Shown in pieces: positions 56,165 through 64,000 of a DNA stretch of 64,000 bases (the stretch's first letter is position 1; each line of letters opens with the position of its first letter). The notes below the pieces were generated by a model. That model was given only the letters and a program-made list of their open reading frames with translations, did not search any database and was not told where the DNA came from. This DNA is from an uncultured Candidatus Rokubacteria bacterium (GTDB taxonomy: Bacteria; Methylomirabilota; Methylomirabilia; Rokubacteriales; CSP1-6). The DNA is taken from the NCBI GenBank assembly GCA_963758635.1, contig CAVWWD010000005.1, positions 576,001 through 640,000 on the forward strand. Direction: 5' to 3'. The translations under genes were made by a program, and so were the position numbers.

Positions 56165-57595
56165 GTGAGCGATCGCGATCTCTGCTTCACGCCCGCCACG
56201 GCCCTGGGCCGCCTCTTCCGGGCGCGGAAGACCTCCCCGCTCGAGGTCATGCAGGCCGTCCTCGCGCGCATCGACGCGGTCAATCCCGCGCTGAACGCCT
56301 ACGTGCACCCTCGCGCGCGACGCGGCGCTGGCCGGAGCGCGCCGGGCCACCGCCGCGCTCCGGCGCGGCGCCGCGCTCCCGCCGCTCCACGGCGTGCCGG
56401 TGTCGATCAAGGACCTCACCCCGACCAAGGGCATCCGCACGACGTGGGGTTCGAAGATCCACGAGCACGACGTGCCGGAAGAGGACGCGCTCATCGTCCA
56501 GCGCCTCAAGGCGGCGGGCGCCATCGTCGTGGGCAAGACCAACACGCCCGAGTTCGGCGCGGGCGGCAACACCTTCAACGCGGTGTTCGGACCGACGCGC
56601 AATCCCTGGAACCCCGCGTTCACGTGCGGGGGGTCGAGCGGCGGCGCCGCGGTGGCGCTCGCCACCGGCATGGGCCCGATCGCGGAGGGCTCGGACCTCG
56701 GCGGCTCGCTCCGGATGCCCGCGGCGTTCTGCGGCGTCGTCGGCTTCCGCACCACGCCGGGGCTCGTGCCGAAGCACCCGGTGGAGCTCGGCTGGGACTC
56801 GCTGTCCGTCACCGGGCCGATGGCGCGTACGGTGTCGGACGTGGCCCTCATGCTCTCCGTCGTGGCCGGCCCCGACGACCGCGCGCCGATCTCCTACGGC
56901 GTCGACACGCGCGAGTTCCCGCGGGCGGTGCGCGCGCCGTCGATCAAGGGCTGGCGCGTGGCGTGGACGCCCGACCTTGGCGGCCTCCTCCCCGTGGACG
57001 CCGACAACGTGCGGGCCGTCGAGGAGGCCACCCGGGTGCTGCGGGCCCTCGGCGCCCGCGTGGAGGCGGCGAGCCCCGACTTCTCCGAGGTCCACGAGAT
57101 CGTGCTCGCCAGCCGCGGCGTCACCATGGTGGCCATGCACGCCGACAAGCTCCCCGCTGGAAGCCCGAGATGCAGAAGGGGCTCGTGTGGAACATCGAGC
57201 AGGGCCTCTCGCTCGGCGTCCGCGACATCGCCCGCGCCGAGAAGCTCCGCACCCGGCTCTGGCAGCGCGTGCGCGCCTTCATGGAAGGCCACGAGCTCCT
57301 CGTCCTCCCCACGACCTCGGTGCCGCCGTTCCCCGTCGAGCAGCCCTACCCGACCGAGATCAACGGCAAGCCGCTCGAGACGTACATCCACTGGGCCTAC
57401 CTGACGTACGCGATCACGCTGACCGGTCTGCCCGCGATCTCCGTGCCCTGCGGCTTCACGCGTCAGGGTCTGCCCGTGGGTCTCCAGATCGTGGGTCGCC
57501 GGCGGCGCGAGGCGGACGTGCTGCGCGCCGCCGCCGCGTTCGAGGCGGCGGCCCCGTGGGCGCACCGCGTGCCCCCCGCCGTGTCCGCCGTCTAG
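56165..57595 (+). CDS. amidase signature family protein (two frameshifts)
   Basis: GVPVSIKD, GKTN.PEF, GGSSGG, GSD.GGS.R and GLPVG.QI. Confidence 0.9.
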   Translation: MSDRDLCFTPATALGRLFRARKTSPLEVMQAVLARIDAVNPALNAYVHPRARRGAGRSAPGHRRAPARRRAPAAPRRAGVDQGPHPDQGHPHDVGFEDPRARRAGRGRAHRPAPQGGGRHRRGQDQHARVRRGRQHLQRGVRTDAQSLEPRVHVRGVERRRRGGARHRHGPDRGGLGPRRLAPDARGVLRRRRLPHHAGARAEAPGGARLGLAVRHRADGAYGVGRGPHALRRGRPRRPRADLLRRRHARVPAGGARAVDQGLARGVDARPWRPPPRGRRQRAGRRGGHPGAAGPRRPRGGGEPRLLRGPRDRARQPRRHHGGHARRQAPRWKPEMQKGLVWNIEQGLSLGVRDIARAEKLRTRLWQRVRAFMEGHELLVLPTTSVPPFPVEQPYPTEINGKPLETYIHWAYLTYAITLTGLPAISVPCGFTRQGLPVGLQIVGRRRREADVLRAAAAFEAAAPWAHRVPPAVSAV

Positions 57596-57673
57596 TGACC
57601 CTCGCAGAATACGGTAACGCCACGGGCCCCTACAGTCCCACCGCTCGGGATTAGTCTGGTGCGCGAGGCTCGT
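57596..57673 (-). mobile_element. MITE-like repeat, copy 5
   Basis: Reverse orientation; CTAG on both sides; follows the amidase TAG stop. Confidence 0.85.
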
Positions 57674-57809
57674 CTAGCCCGCGCCCGATTCCGCCGACGT
57701 TGCGTCCCGGAAGAGGCTCGGGCACACTGCGCGTGATCCCCGCCGGTCCCGCCCAGCCTGAAGCCATGGGCCGGGCCGACGCGTCTCAACACGAAAGGAG
57801 AAACGAGAC

Positions 57810-58283
57810 ATGACGCCCAACATCGGCATCACCGACGACCATCGCGACGGAGCGCAGAAGATCCTCGAGACGCTCCTCGCCGACGAGTACGTGCTGTACA
57901 CGAAGACCCGCAACTATCACTGGAACGTGGTGGGCCCGCAGTTCAACGACCTGCACAAGTTCTTCGAGGCCCAGTACGACGCGCTGAACGAGGTCGTGGA
58001 CGAGGTGGCCGAGCGGGCGCGCACGCTCGGCGGGCACGCGATCGGCACCCTCGCCGAGTTCGTCAAGCAGGCGCGGCTCAAGGAGCACCCCGGACAGTAC
58101 CCCGACGCGCGCCAGATGATCGCCAACCTCGTGGCCGATCACGAGGCCGTGGTCCGCACCCTCCGCGGCGACCTCGCGACGGCCATGGAGAAGCTCGGCG
58201 ACGCGGGCACGAGCGACTTCCTCACCGGCCTGCTGGAGAAGCACGAAAAGATGGCCTGGATGCTCCGGTCATTCCTCGAATAG
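57810..58283 (+). CDS. dps: Dps (mini-ferritin)
   Basis: HWNV.G..F..LH..FE.QY, DE.AER and HEK.AWML. Confidence 0.96.
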   Translation: MTPNIGITDDHRDGAQKILETLLADEYVLYTKTRNYHWNVVGPQFNDLHKFFEAQYDALNEVVDEVAERARTLGGHAIGTLAEFVKQARLKEHPGQYPDARQMIANLVADHEAVVRTLRGDLATAMEKLGDAGTSDFLTGLLEKHEKMAWMLRSFLE

Positions 58284-58295
58284 CCGACGCAGACG

Positions 58296-58802
58296 TTACG
58301 CCCGGGCGAGGCGGCGAAGGGGGGGGCCCGTGAGACGGGTAAGGATCCACTCCTTGCGGAACCCCGCCCCGAGCTTCTTGTAGAAGCGGATGGCGGGCGT
58401 GTTCCAGTCCAGCACCGCCCACTCGAGTCGACCGCACCCCTTCCGCACCGCGATGCGACCGAGCGCGCCGAGGAGTGCCCGCCCCGCGCCGCGACCGCGC
58501 TCCTCCGGCACCACGAACAGGTCCTCCAGGTAAAGCGTGGGTCGGCTCAGGAACGTGGAGTACGTGAAGAAGTAGAGCGCGAAGCCCACCGCTCGGCCGT
58601 CCCGCCGGCAGATCAGGGTGTGGAAGTACGGGCGCCGTCCGAAGCCGTGCCGCCGGAGCTGTGCCGGGGTGGCGTGGCACTCGCGGAGGAGACGCTCGTA
58701 CTCGGCGAGCCCGCGGATCAAGGCGAGGATCGTGGGCACGTCACGGACGGTGCCCACCCGGATGGTGAGGCCGGCGGACCGAGCGCGGCGCCGGGCCGGC
58801 AT
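58296..58802 (-). CDS. GNAT acetyltransferase (SSAT-like)
   Basis: I..LAEYE, YSTF, LYLEDLFV, RGRGAG and VLDWN.PA..FY. Confidence 0.9.
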   Translation of the reverse strand: MPARRRARSAGLTIRVGTVRDVPTILALIRGLAEYERLLRECHATPAQLRRHGFGRRPYFHTLICRRDGRAVGFALYFFTYSTFLSRPTLYLEDLFVVPEERGRGAGRALLGALGRIAVRKGCGRLEWAVLDWNTPAIRFYKKLGAGFRKEWILTRLTGPPLRRLARA

Positions 58803-60127
58803 CAGGCGCCCGCCATCGCGAGCAGCATCTCCGTGTAGCTCCGCGCTCCCGCGCGCAGGTTCTCCAGCGAGATCCGCTCGTCGTTGCCGTGGATGCGGCC
58901 CGTCTCGCCCGCGTCGAGGATGAACGGGCTCCACCCGTAGGCGTGCATGCCCGCCCGGCGGAACACCCAGCTGTCGGTGAACGCGACGAGGATCTCCGGC
59001 GCCACCACCACGCCCGGGGCCCGCCGCTGGAGCGTGTCGGCGATGGCCTTGTACATCTCGGTGTCGGGCGGCGACATGTTCGGCTGCTTCGGCGTGCCGA
59101 CGATCTCCACGTCGACCGCGTCGTCGGCGATCACGTCCTTCACCCAGCGGCGGATCTCCTCGGGATCGTCGCCCGCGAGCATGCGGCAGTCGATCTGCGC
59201 CGCCGCCTCGGGCGGGATGACGTTGCTCTTCTCGCTGCCCTTGAGCATGGTGAGGGCGAACGTGGTCGCGACCATCGCGGCCCGGTGCCGGTGCGACAGG
59301 AAGCGCGCGCGGAAGGCGGGATCGCGGAGCGACCGCTCGAGGTCGTCGTACCCCGCGCCCTGCCCGTCGGGCAGGAGCGAGCCGAGCCGCGTGAAAAACT
59401 CCTGCGCCTCGGGCAGCACGCGCGGCGCGCGCTCGGCGGCGAGGAGCCGCGACAGCGCGCGCACGAGCCGGTTGGGCGCGGTGTCCGCCCACGGCATCGA
59501 CCCGTGCCCGGGCGCGCCGTGCGCGACGATCCGGAGGGGCAGCCCGGTCTTCTCGGAGATCTGGATGCCCCCGAAGGGCGCGCGGAGCTCCGGCCCCGTC
59601 TCGATGCAGCCCAGCTCGGACAGCGAGTACTCGGACCCGGCGATCCAGTCCGCGCGGTGGTCGGCCACCCACTGCGCGCCGTGGCGGCTGCCCGCCTCCT
59701 CGTCGGCCGTGGCCAGCAGCACCAGATCGCGCGTGAGCGGCACCCGGGCCCGCCTGATCGCGAGGACGGCCGCGAGCTGGAGGATGCCCGTCGACTTCAT
59801 GTCCAGCGCGCCCCGCCCGTAGAGGTAGCCGTCCTTGATGACGCCGCCGAAGGGATCCACGCTCCAGTACCGCCGGTCGGCGTAGACGACGTCGATGTGG
59901 TGATGCAGGACGATGGCGGGGAGCGATCCGTCGCCGCGGAGACGGGCCATCAGGTTGCCGCGCCCCGGCACGGCTTCCGCCGTCTCGCTCGGGATACCGT
60001 CCTGATCGAGCACGCCGGCGATGAAGCGCGTGCCCTCCGTCTCGTTGCCCGGAGGGTTCGTGGTGTCCAGCATCAGGTAGCGGCGGCACAGGTCCACCGT
60101 CTCCTCGCCGATCGCCCGCCAGTCCAT
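58802..60127 (-). CDS. M20/M25/M40 metallopeptidase
   Basis: NPPGNE, H.DVV, GRGALDMK, ADEE and HG.DE. Confidence 0.92.
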   Translation of the reverse strand: MDWRAIGEETVDLCRRYLMLDTTNPPGNETEGTRFIAGVLDQDGIPSETAEAVPGRGNLMARLRGDGSLPAIVLHHHIDVVYADRRYWSVDPFGGVIKDGYLYGRGALDMKSTGILQLAAVLAIRRARVPLTRDLVLLATADEEAGSRHGAQWVADHRADWIAGSEYSLSELGCIETGPELRAPFGGIQISEKTGLPLRIVAHGAPGHGSMPWADTAPNRLVRALSRLLAAERAPRVLPEAQEFFTRLGSLLPDGQGAGYDDLERSLRDPAFRARFLSHRHRAAMVATTFALTMLKGSEKSNVIPPEAAAQIDCRMLAGDDPEEIRRWVKDVIADDAVDVEIVGTPKQPNMSPPDTEMYKAIADTLQRRAPGVVVAPEILVAFTDSWVFRRAGMHAYGWSPFILDAGETGRIHGNDERISLENLRAGARSYTEMLLAMAGA

Positions 60128-60132
60128 GGCGC

Positions 60133-61427
60133 TCAGGCTCCCCCGGCCGGTCGCGCGACCGTCGTCCAGTAGTGCCCGGGTTGGGGCGCCTGGCGAGCCG
60201 GCGCTCGAGCCGCGGCGCCGCCTGCTCGACGAGGCCGGCGCGGAGCGTGGCGGCGAGGAGGGTGTCGTGGAACACCTCGCGCTGGGCGTGGCTGCCGCCG
60301 ATCTCGCTGATCCGGTCCTCGATGGGCGCGATGCGGGCCGCCGCCCCCGCGTGGTCCCCGCGCGCGAAGGCGTGGAGGCCCTCGAGGAGCGGCACCGCCA
60401 CCTCGGGCAGCGTGCGGTTCCGGCCTTTCTGCCCGCGCTGGCGCAAGCGCTCCAGTTGCCCCTCGGCGGCGGCCCAGTCCCCCGACGCGGCCAGGGCCAT
60501 GCCCACGTGCACGTCGTGGAAGAGGAGCAGCGCGAGGTCGGCGCGGGCCGCGGCGCGCGCCCCGACGTGCCCCCAGCGCCCCGGATCGGGCCGATCGAAG
60601 AGGTCCAGCCGCCAGGCGAGCGCGACCGCGTCGTGCAGGTCCGAGGCGATGTCGATGGGCAGCGCGGCGAACACGCTCCGGAACATGCGCTCGGCGTGCT
60701 CGTAGCGCCCGGCGGCCAGGTGCAGGAGCGCGATGTGCCAGGCGAGGTGGTTCCGGAAGTAGCCGAGCCGACGGCACGGCTGGACGCGCGGGGGCAGGAT
60801 CTCCACGCCGCGGTCGTTGTCGCCCGTCTCGTACAGCACGTGCGCGAGGGCGTGGACGGCCCACGCGTCCTCGGGGTTCAGCGCGATGGCGCGGTCGGCG
60901 AGCGGCCGGGCCTCGGCGAAGCGCCGGTTCTCCTCGAGGGCGAAGGCGTGAAGCCCCAGGACGAACGAGTCGCCGTCGAAGGCATCCACGATCGAGCTGG
61001 TCAGCGCCAGCATGTCCGCGGAGCGGCCCTGCCAGAACTGGAAGAAGAAGAGCCGCTGGGCGAGCAGCAGCTCGCGCGGCCTGTCCTTGAGGATCTCGGC
61101 GATGAGGGCGCCCGACTCCGGCACCCGTCCCGCCAGCATGAGGTCGAGGGCCTCGACGTGCTGCCGCTCGCGCGCGGGCAGCGCCGCCGCGCGGGCCTTC
61201 GCCTCGCCGATCGCCGCGCGCGCCTCGGCCGGGCGCTCGTCCAGGAACAGCGCGAGCGCGTGACCGGCGCGCGCGAGCGCGAAGTCCGGATCCGCTTCGG
61301 TGGCGGCGCGGAACGCCGCGGCGGTCCCGGCGTCGAAGGACAGGAGGCCGCGCACCCCGGCGTCGTAGTGGTCGAGCGCGGCGCGCGACGAGGTGGACAC
61401 GGGCAGTCCGTAGAGGTCGGCGGGCAT
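60133..61427 (-). CDS. TPR protein (TTC38-like); C-terminal frameshift near 60180
   Basis: DPDFALA, AFALEE, D.WAVHA.AH and IGGSHAQR. Confidence 0.8.
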
Positions 61428-61491
61428 GACGGGCATCCTAGCAGCCGCGCGCCGCGGTGTCGATCGCCGCGCCGCGCGGCCGGTGGAGGAT

Positions 61492-62502
61492 CTATCCGCG
61501 CGGCGCCCGCCGCGCCGCCACGGCCGCTCCGGCGCCGGTGACCTCCCGCAGGAACCCCACGGCTCGTCGCTCCGCCCACGAGCGGCGGCCGCCCGGCCCC
61601 TCGATGAACCCCGCGTGCCCCCCCTGGCTCACGAACTCCGCGCGGAGCCACGGCGAGCCCGCGACCTCGGCGCGGGGCAGCGAGTGGGCGGGGACGAACG
61701 GATCGTTCTCCGCGTTGACGAGCAGGCAGGGACGCCTGATCCGCGCCAGGAACGACCGGCTGCTCGAGCGGGCCCAGTAGTCGCGCTCGTCCTCGAAGCC
61801 GTGGAGCGGCGCGGTGAGCGCGCGGTCGTACTCGGCGAACGTGCGGGCCCGGAGCGCGCCCGACAGGTCCACGCGCGACGCGAGCTGTCCGGCCTTCGCC
61901 CGCACCTTCGCCTTCATGGCGCGAAGGAAGTGGGCGGTGTAGAGGGAGCGCGCGAGGCCGCGGTCGAGGACGGCCGCGCACGCGGCCAGGTCGAACGGCG
62001 TGGAGATGGCGACGGCCCCGCGCACCTGGGCGGGCGCGCGGTCCCCCAGCTCGCCGAGCCACTTCAGGACCACGTTGGCGCCAAGCGAGACGCCGACGAG
62101 GGCGAGCGGGATCCCGGCATCACGCTCGACGAGACCCTTCACGAGCCAGTCGAGGTCCGAGGTCTCTCCCGAATGGTAGAGGCGCGGCTGACGGTTCAGC
62201 TCGCCGCCGCACGAGCGGAAGTTGAGGACGACGCCCCGCCAGCCGAGCGCGCGGATCTCGTCCAGGAGCCCGAGGACGTAGTGGGAGCGGGAGCTTCCCT
62301 CCAGCCCGTGCAGGACGACCACGAGCGGGCCGTGGCCCGCCTCGAGCCAGTCGAGGTCCACGAAGTCGCCGTCGGGCGTGTCCCGGCGCTCGCGTCTCAG
62401 CGGAACGTTCGGGGTGCGGCGGAGGAGCGGCCCCCAGAGGGTCTGGGCGTGCCGCCCGCGGAGCCACCACGGTGGTCGGTAGGTGGGCTCCGCGGGCGTC
62501 AC
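61492..62502 (-). CDS. YheT-family alpha/beta hydrolase
   Basis: H.QT, HGLEGS, NFR.C, G.SLG, DPF and GGH.GF. Confidence 0.92.
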   Translation of the reverse strand: MTPAEPTYRPPWWLRGRHAQTLWGPLLRRTPNVPLRRERRDTPDGDFVDLDWLEAGHGPLVVVLHGLEGSSRSHYVLGLLDEIRALGWRGVVLNFRSCGGELNRQPRLYHSGETSDLDWLVKGLVERDAGIPLALVGVSLGANVVLKWLGELGDRAPAQVRGAVAISTPFDLAACAAVLDRGLARSLYTAHFLRAMKAKVRAKAGQLASRVDLSGALRARTFAEYDRALTAPLHGFEDERDYWARSSSRSFLARIRRPCLLVNAENDPFVPAHSLPRAEVAGSPWLRAEFVSQGGHAGFIEGPGGRRSWAERRAVGFLREVTGAGAAVAARRAPRG

Positions 62503-62512
62503 GCCCCCCGAG

Positions 62513-63046
62513 CTACTCCTGACCCTGGAGGATGAGCTTCACGACCTCCGGCACGATGGCGCGGGCCCGCTGGTCGAGCTCGGCCTCGGTGAGGTTGGCG
62601 ATGGGATGGGGCATCGCGAGGTACTTGTAGTTCGGCACGCCCCACGCCTGGGCCATGGCGCGGCCGGTCGACTCGAACACGTCGGTGATGATGGACGCCG
62701 CGGGGATGCCGACCTTCTCGAACACGATTCCGTCGAGCACACTGCCCGACGAGCACGACCCTCAGTCGCCGACGCCGGCCACCACCACGTCGACGCCGCG
62801 CCGCGCCTCGTCGATGATCTCGTCGTGGGCGGGCACGCCCGCGTTCTTCTTGCGCCACATCTTGGTCTCCGCCGCCCCGTACTCCGAGACGAGGAGCGCT
62901 CCGATCTTCTGGAGCAGCTTGTCGGAGTTGTACTTGGTGTTCTCGACCAGCCCGATCCGCTTGCCGGCCAGCGAGTCCGGCCGGGCCACGTAGGTCAGCG
63001 GCTGCTGGCGCGCATCGACGGTCGGATCCAGGATCTCCATGCTCAT
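62513..63046 (-). CDS. UGSC-family selenoprotein (Sec at TGA 62762-62764)
   Basis: Two in-frame ORF pieces join as GVGD-U-GSCSS...E..GIP...PHP; SECIS-like hairpin follows the TGA. Confidence 0.88.
62731..62751 (-). promoter_or_regulatory. bacterial SECIS-like hairpin
   Basis: CGTCGGGCA-GTG-TGCTCGACG starting 10 nt after the TGA, with G in the apical loop. Confidence 0.7.
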
Positions 63047-64000
63047 GATGACCCCCTCTCGTTGATGATCTTCGTCACCGCCTCCGACGACGTGCGGCTG
63101 CCCCATCCCGGGATGTAGGCCGAGAAGGAGCCGGCGCGCCCGCCCGCCGCCACCACCAGGAAGTCGTCCGCGGTGTGGACGAGCGCGCGCTGGGCGCTCT
63201 CGTCGTCCGGCTTGATCGCGCCCGGCATGCGCCCCGTGCGCTTGAGGTGCGCGACGCTGGCCTTGGTGTTCTCGAAGAGGAACCGGCGGATGTCCGCCTT
63301 GGTCCACCCGCCGGCCGCGATCGTCTTCATGTGCTCGCCGCCGATGGTCAGGCAGTAGTTGGGCTGGCCGATCTGCCCGGGCAGCCGCATCGTGTCGGCG
63401 AAGGTGGTGAGGATGCCGTCCGGCGTGGCCGAGAGCTGGTTGTAGACCTGGTGCGGGCCCAGCGCCGCCATCACCGTGACCGCGCTCTGGTCGGGCCGGC
63501 AGCCGATCCGCTCCACGTGGAGCGGCGTCCACGGGCTCTCCTCCTCGTTCTCCGCGATGACGTACGAGTACTTGCCGGGGTGGCAGATCGTCCCGCGGTC
63601 GAGCTTGCCGGGCAGCGTCCCGATGACGTTGCGCATGATGAGCCGCACCGCGCGGCCCACCGTGGCGTTGGCGCGCCACCCCGGCCCGAACAGGTTGTCG
63701 CCGCAGTTGAAGTCGAGCCTCCGCGCGATCGGGCCGTTGACGATCAGGAGCGGGCCGGCACCACCTGTCGAGGTGGCGGGCCCGTGGTAGCCGTACTTCG
63801 GGTCGGAGAGGGCCTCGACGGCCGCCACCACCACCGGCAGGTACTCCGGCTTGCAACCGGCCATCACCGCGTTGATCGCGACCTTCTCGGCGAGGATCGA
63901 GACCTGGCGGTTGGTGATGAAGCCGATCTGGTGGTCGGGACCGAGCTCCGCGGCGTCCAGCATGGCCCGGACCCGCGCCTCGGTGGGCGGCACCACGGGC
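63043..64000 (-). CDS. conserved uncharacterised protein linked to the UGSC gene (5' partial)
   Basis: PVVPPT, A.NAVMAGC, IVNGP and RANATVGRA; ATGA overlap with the UGSC gene. Confidence 0.75.
   Translation of the reverse strand, partial: PVVPPTEARVRAMLDAAELGPDHQIGFITNRQVSILAEKVAINAVMAGCKPEYLPVVVAAVEALSDPKYGYHGPATSTGGAGPLLIVNGPIARRLDFNCGDNLFGPGWRANATVGRAVRLIMRNVIGTLPGKLDRGTICHPGKYSYVIAENEEESPWTPLHVERIGCRPDQSAVTVMAALGPHQVYNQLSATPDGILTTFADTMRLPGQIGQPNYCLTIGGEHMKTIAAGGWTKADIRRFLFENTKASVAHLKRTGRMPGAIKPDDESAQRALVHTADDFLVVAAGGRAGSFSAYIPGWGSRTSSEAVTKIINERGSS

Noticed and set aside
58296..61436. 1046-aa TPR-GNAT fusion ORF
   Set aside because: The middle is an off-frame read through the M20 peptidase gene; an indel near 60180 joins separate TPR and GNAT genes.

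Overview
GC-rich (~70%) bacterial chromosomal segment. Gene content and order (rplM-rpsI-argC-argJ-rpsB, paralogous Opp/Dpp binding proteins, a UGSC selenoprotein) suggest Candidatus Rokubacteria/Methylomirabilota; this is inference. It is mostly housekeeping and metabolic genes: r-proteins, arg, nth, malic enzyme, an RpoD-like sigma factor, dinB, a 2-oxoacid dehydrogenase complex, dcd, thrB, a MoxR-vWA cluster, a peptide ABC transporter and Dps. At least 11 genes carry frameshifts that look like assembly indel errors. The main result is a 9-kb Fe-S/sulfur locus (16.6-25.5 kb). The IscS of an otherwise complete, IscR-regulated isc operon has lost the PLP Schiff-base Lys (HK->HL) and the PLP-stacking His (EH->EQ) but keeps its catalytic Cys, and its IscU has Asp39->Asn. 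Next to it are a DsrEFH/TusDCB-like trio, an intact second desulfurase, an IscU-like protein lacking the third Cys, and CysE, which together suggest a split or relay Fe-S assembly system. Other notable items: five copies of a ~78-bp MITE-like element at CTAG/stop codons; a UGSC selenoprotein with in-frame TGA and a SECIS-like hairpin; a Pup gene with no proteasome genes nearby; a ferritin-like pair plus biotin carboxylase and carrier operon behind a perfect 18-bp palindrome; and a GalT homologue lacking its catalytic His. All calls come from motif recognition by eye; no database searches were run.
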